This document shows, piece by piece, positions 62,645 through 64,000 of a DNA stretch of 64,000 nt (position 1 is its first letter; every line of letters begins with the position of its first letter). Origin of the DNA: Octopus sinensis. Taxonomy: Eukaryota. The stretch covers positions 46,252,001 through 46,316,000 of the forward strand of contig NC_043010.1 in the NCBI RefSeq assembly GCF_006345805.1, read 5' to 3'. A model generated the notes under the pieces. It was not told the origin of the DNA. It saw only the letters and a list, made by a program, of their open reading frames with translations, and ran no database searches. The translations under genes were made by a program, and so were the position numbers.

Positions 62645-62955
62645 GTTTAACGTCCGCTTTCCATGCTAGCATGGGTTGGACGGTTCAACTGGGGTCTGGG
62701 AAGTCCGAAGGCTGCACCAGGCCAGTCAGATCTGGCAGTGTTTCTACAGCTGGATGCCCTTCCTAACGTCAACCACTCCGAGAGTGTAGTGGGTGATTTT
62801 ATGTGCCACCGACACAGGTGCCAGACGAGGCTGGCGAACGGCCACGCTCGGATGGTGTTTTTTACGTGCCACCGGCACGGAGGCCAGTCAATGCGGTTCT
62901 GGCTACGGCCACGTTCGGATGGTTTTCGTATGTGCCACCGGCACTGGTACCACAA
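62608..62955 (-). mobile_element. RTE 3' tail (family E), young, with three hairpin units
   Basis: Long (CAT)n, CpG intact, GTGCC-ACC-G(G/A)CAC at 62803, 62866 and 62932. Confidence 0.85.
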
Positions 62956-63059
62956 AACTACAAATTCCGTTTTCCAGAACATTTGTATCAATCTCACTAA
63001 TTTCAAAGAATTTCTGAATGCCATGGGTACTGTCCTTTCCTTCTAATTAAGATATAAAG

Positions 63060-63545
63060 TGCGAGAGGCCCTTTGTCACCATTAGAGGTAGAAGCTGTCT
63101 GAAATTTGCCCAGGCTATTCTTATTATGGTGGTAACACTCTCTGAGCATTCAGCCCCACTACAGACTTGGTCACCTAGGTAGCGGAAGCTATCAATTACT
63201 TCTAGTTTCTCCCCCTGGCATGTGATGGAATCTGTTTTCTGAGCATCTGTAGTGTTTATTACCCTTGTGCATCTGGTGCACACGAAAGCTATCTTCCCTC
63301 TTAATCTTCCTTTGATGTTGCTGCACCGCTTATGTGTCCATAGCGTACACTGGGTACATCTTATGGAGTTTCTACTTACACCTTTTCTATAGATCAAGCA
63401 GGGCCTCCTATCTGAAGGGGTGTGTGATGTGTTTACCTTCCTACTTATTAGAACTTTGGTCTTTGCAACATTGACTCTAAGGCCCTTTGATTCTAAACCT
63501 TGCTTCCACACCTGAAATTTCTTCTTTAGTTCTGGTAGTGTTTCT
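63060..63545 (-). pseudogene. RTE-clade reverse transcriptase fragment with Cys/His-rich insert
   Basis: Open frame of about 160 aa: WKQGLESKGLRVNVAKTKVL..PCLIYRKGVSRNSIRCTQCTLWTHKRCS..FVCTRC..LEVIDSFRYLGD..IAWANFRQLLP; truncated at both ends. Confidence 0.85.
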
Positions 63546-63924
63546 CTTTTACTTGTTTCAGTCATGTGACTGAAGCCAATGCTGGAGCACTGCCTTTAGT
63601 CGAGCAAATTGACCCAAGGACTTATTCTTTGTAAGCCTGGTACTTTTACTATCTGTCTCTTTTGCCGATCCGCTAGGTAACAGGGACGTAAACACACCAG
63701 CATCGGTTGTCAAGCGATGTTGAGGGGACAAACACAGACACACAAACATATACATATATACGACAGGCTTCTTTCAGTTTCCGTCTACCAAATCCACTCA
63801 TAGGGCTTTGGTCGGCCCAAGGCTATAGTAGAAGACACTTGCCCAAGGTGCCACACAGTGGGACTGAACCTGGAACCATGTGGTTGGTAAGCAAGCTACT
63901 TACCACACAGCCACTCCTTCGCCT
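63541..63924 (-). mobile_element. SINE family A, full length, abutting the RTE fragment
   Basis: Reverse-complement A copy; it supplies the artefactual N-terminus of ORF 63047-63565. Confidence 0.9.
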
Positions 63925-64000
63925 GTAGTGTGTATTTTTAAGCTCAAATCTGGTTTTCTGCTTTTTGGGATTTTTTTTTTTTTTTTGATGGAGAATAGCA

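Noticed and set aside
63545-63565. ATG start of ORF 63047-63565 as a real RTE start
   Set aside because: MTETSKRE is supplied by the tail of the adjacent family A SINE; the RT fragment is 5'-truncated.
1-64000. Most ORFs in the supplied track (YIYI, HTHT, CVCV, LLLL runs and recurring MWLVSKLLTTQP-type peptides)
   Set aside because: They are translations of microsatellites and of SINE families A, B and E, not genes.

Overview
This is AT-rich, microsatellite-dense eukaryotic DNA. The repeat complement suggests a coleoid cephalopod, most likely Octopus (inference from the repeat families, not a database hit). No intact, recognisable protein-coding gene, rRNA, true tRNA or CRISPR array is visible, and most of the supplied ORF track is microsatellite or SINE artefact. 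The window is dominated by retroposons and DNA-transposon derivatives. These include several tRNA-headed SINE families (labelled A, B, C, D and G here) and RTE-LINE 3' tails ending in (GAT)n (family E). There are also decayed RTE, R4/Dong-like, CR1/Jockey-like and Gypsy coding fragments, Tc1/mariner relics, hAT, TcMar and TTAA (piggyBac-type) MITEs, and two Helitron-like elements. The highlights are two Penelope-type minimal hammerhead ribozymes. One has a fully canonical core (30844-30929, +). The other (60155-60200, -) lies inside a composite element made of a Pol III tRNA-like head, an (AAT)n spacer and the hammerhead, capped by a 19-bp perfect palindrome, which would be a candidate ribozyme-bearing SINE or 'Pol III retrozyme'. 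Other points of interest are a spliceable minus-strand ORF broken by a single UGA, a templated inverted insertion, a perfect 445-bp tandem duplication, closely spaced inverted SINE pairs and several weak candidate exons. Coordinates of degenerate elements are approximate (about 10-30 bp); family labels A-G, P1 and P2 are my own.
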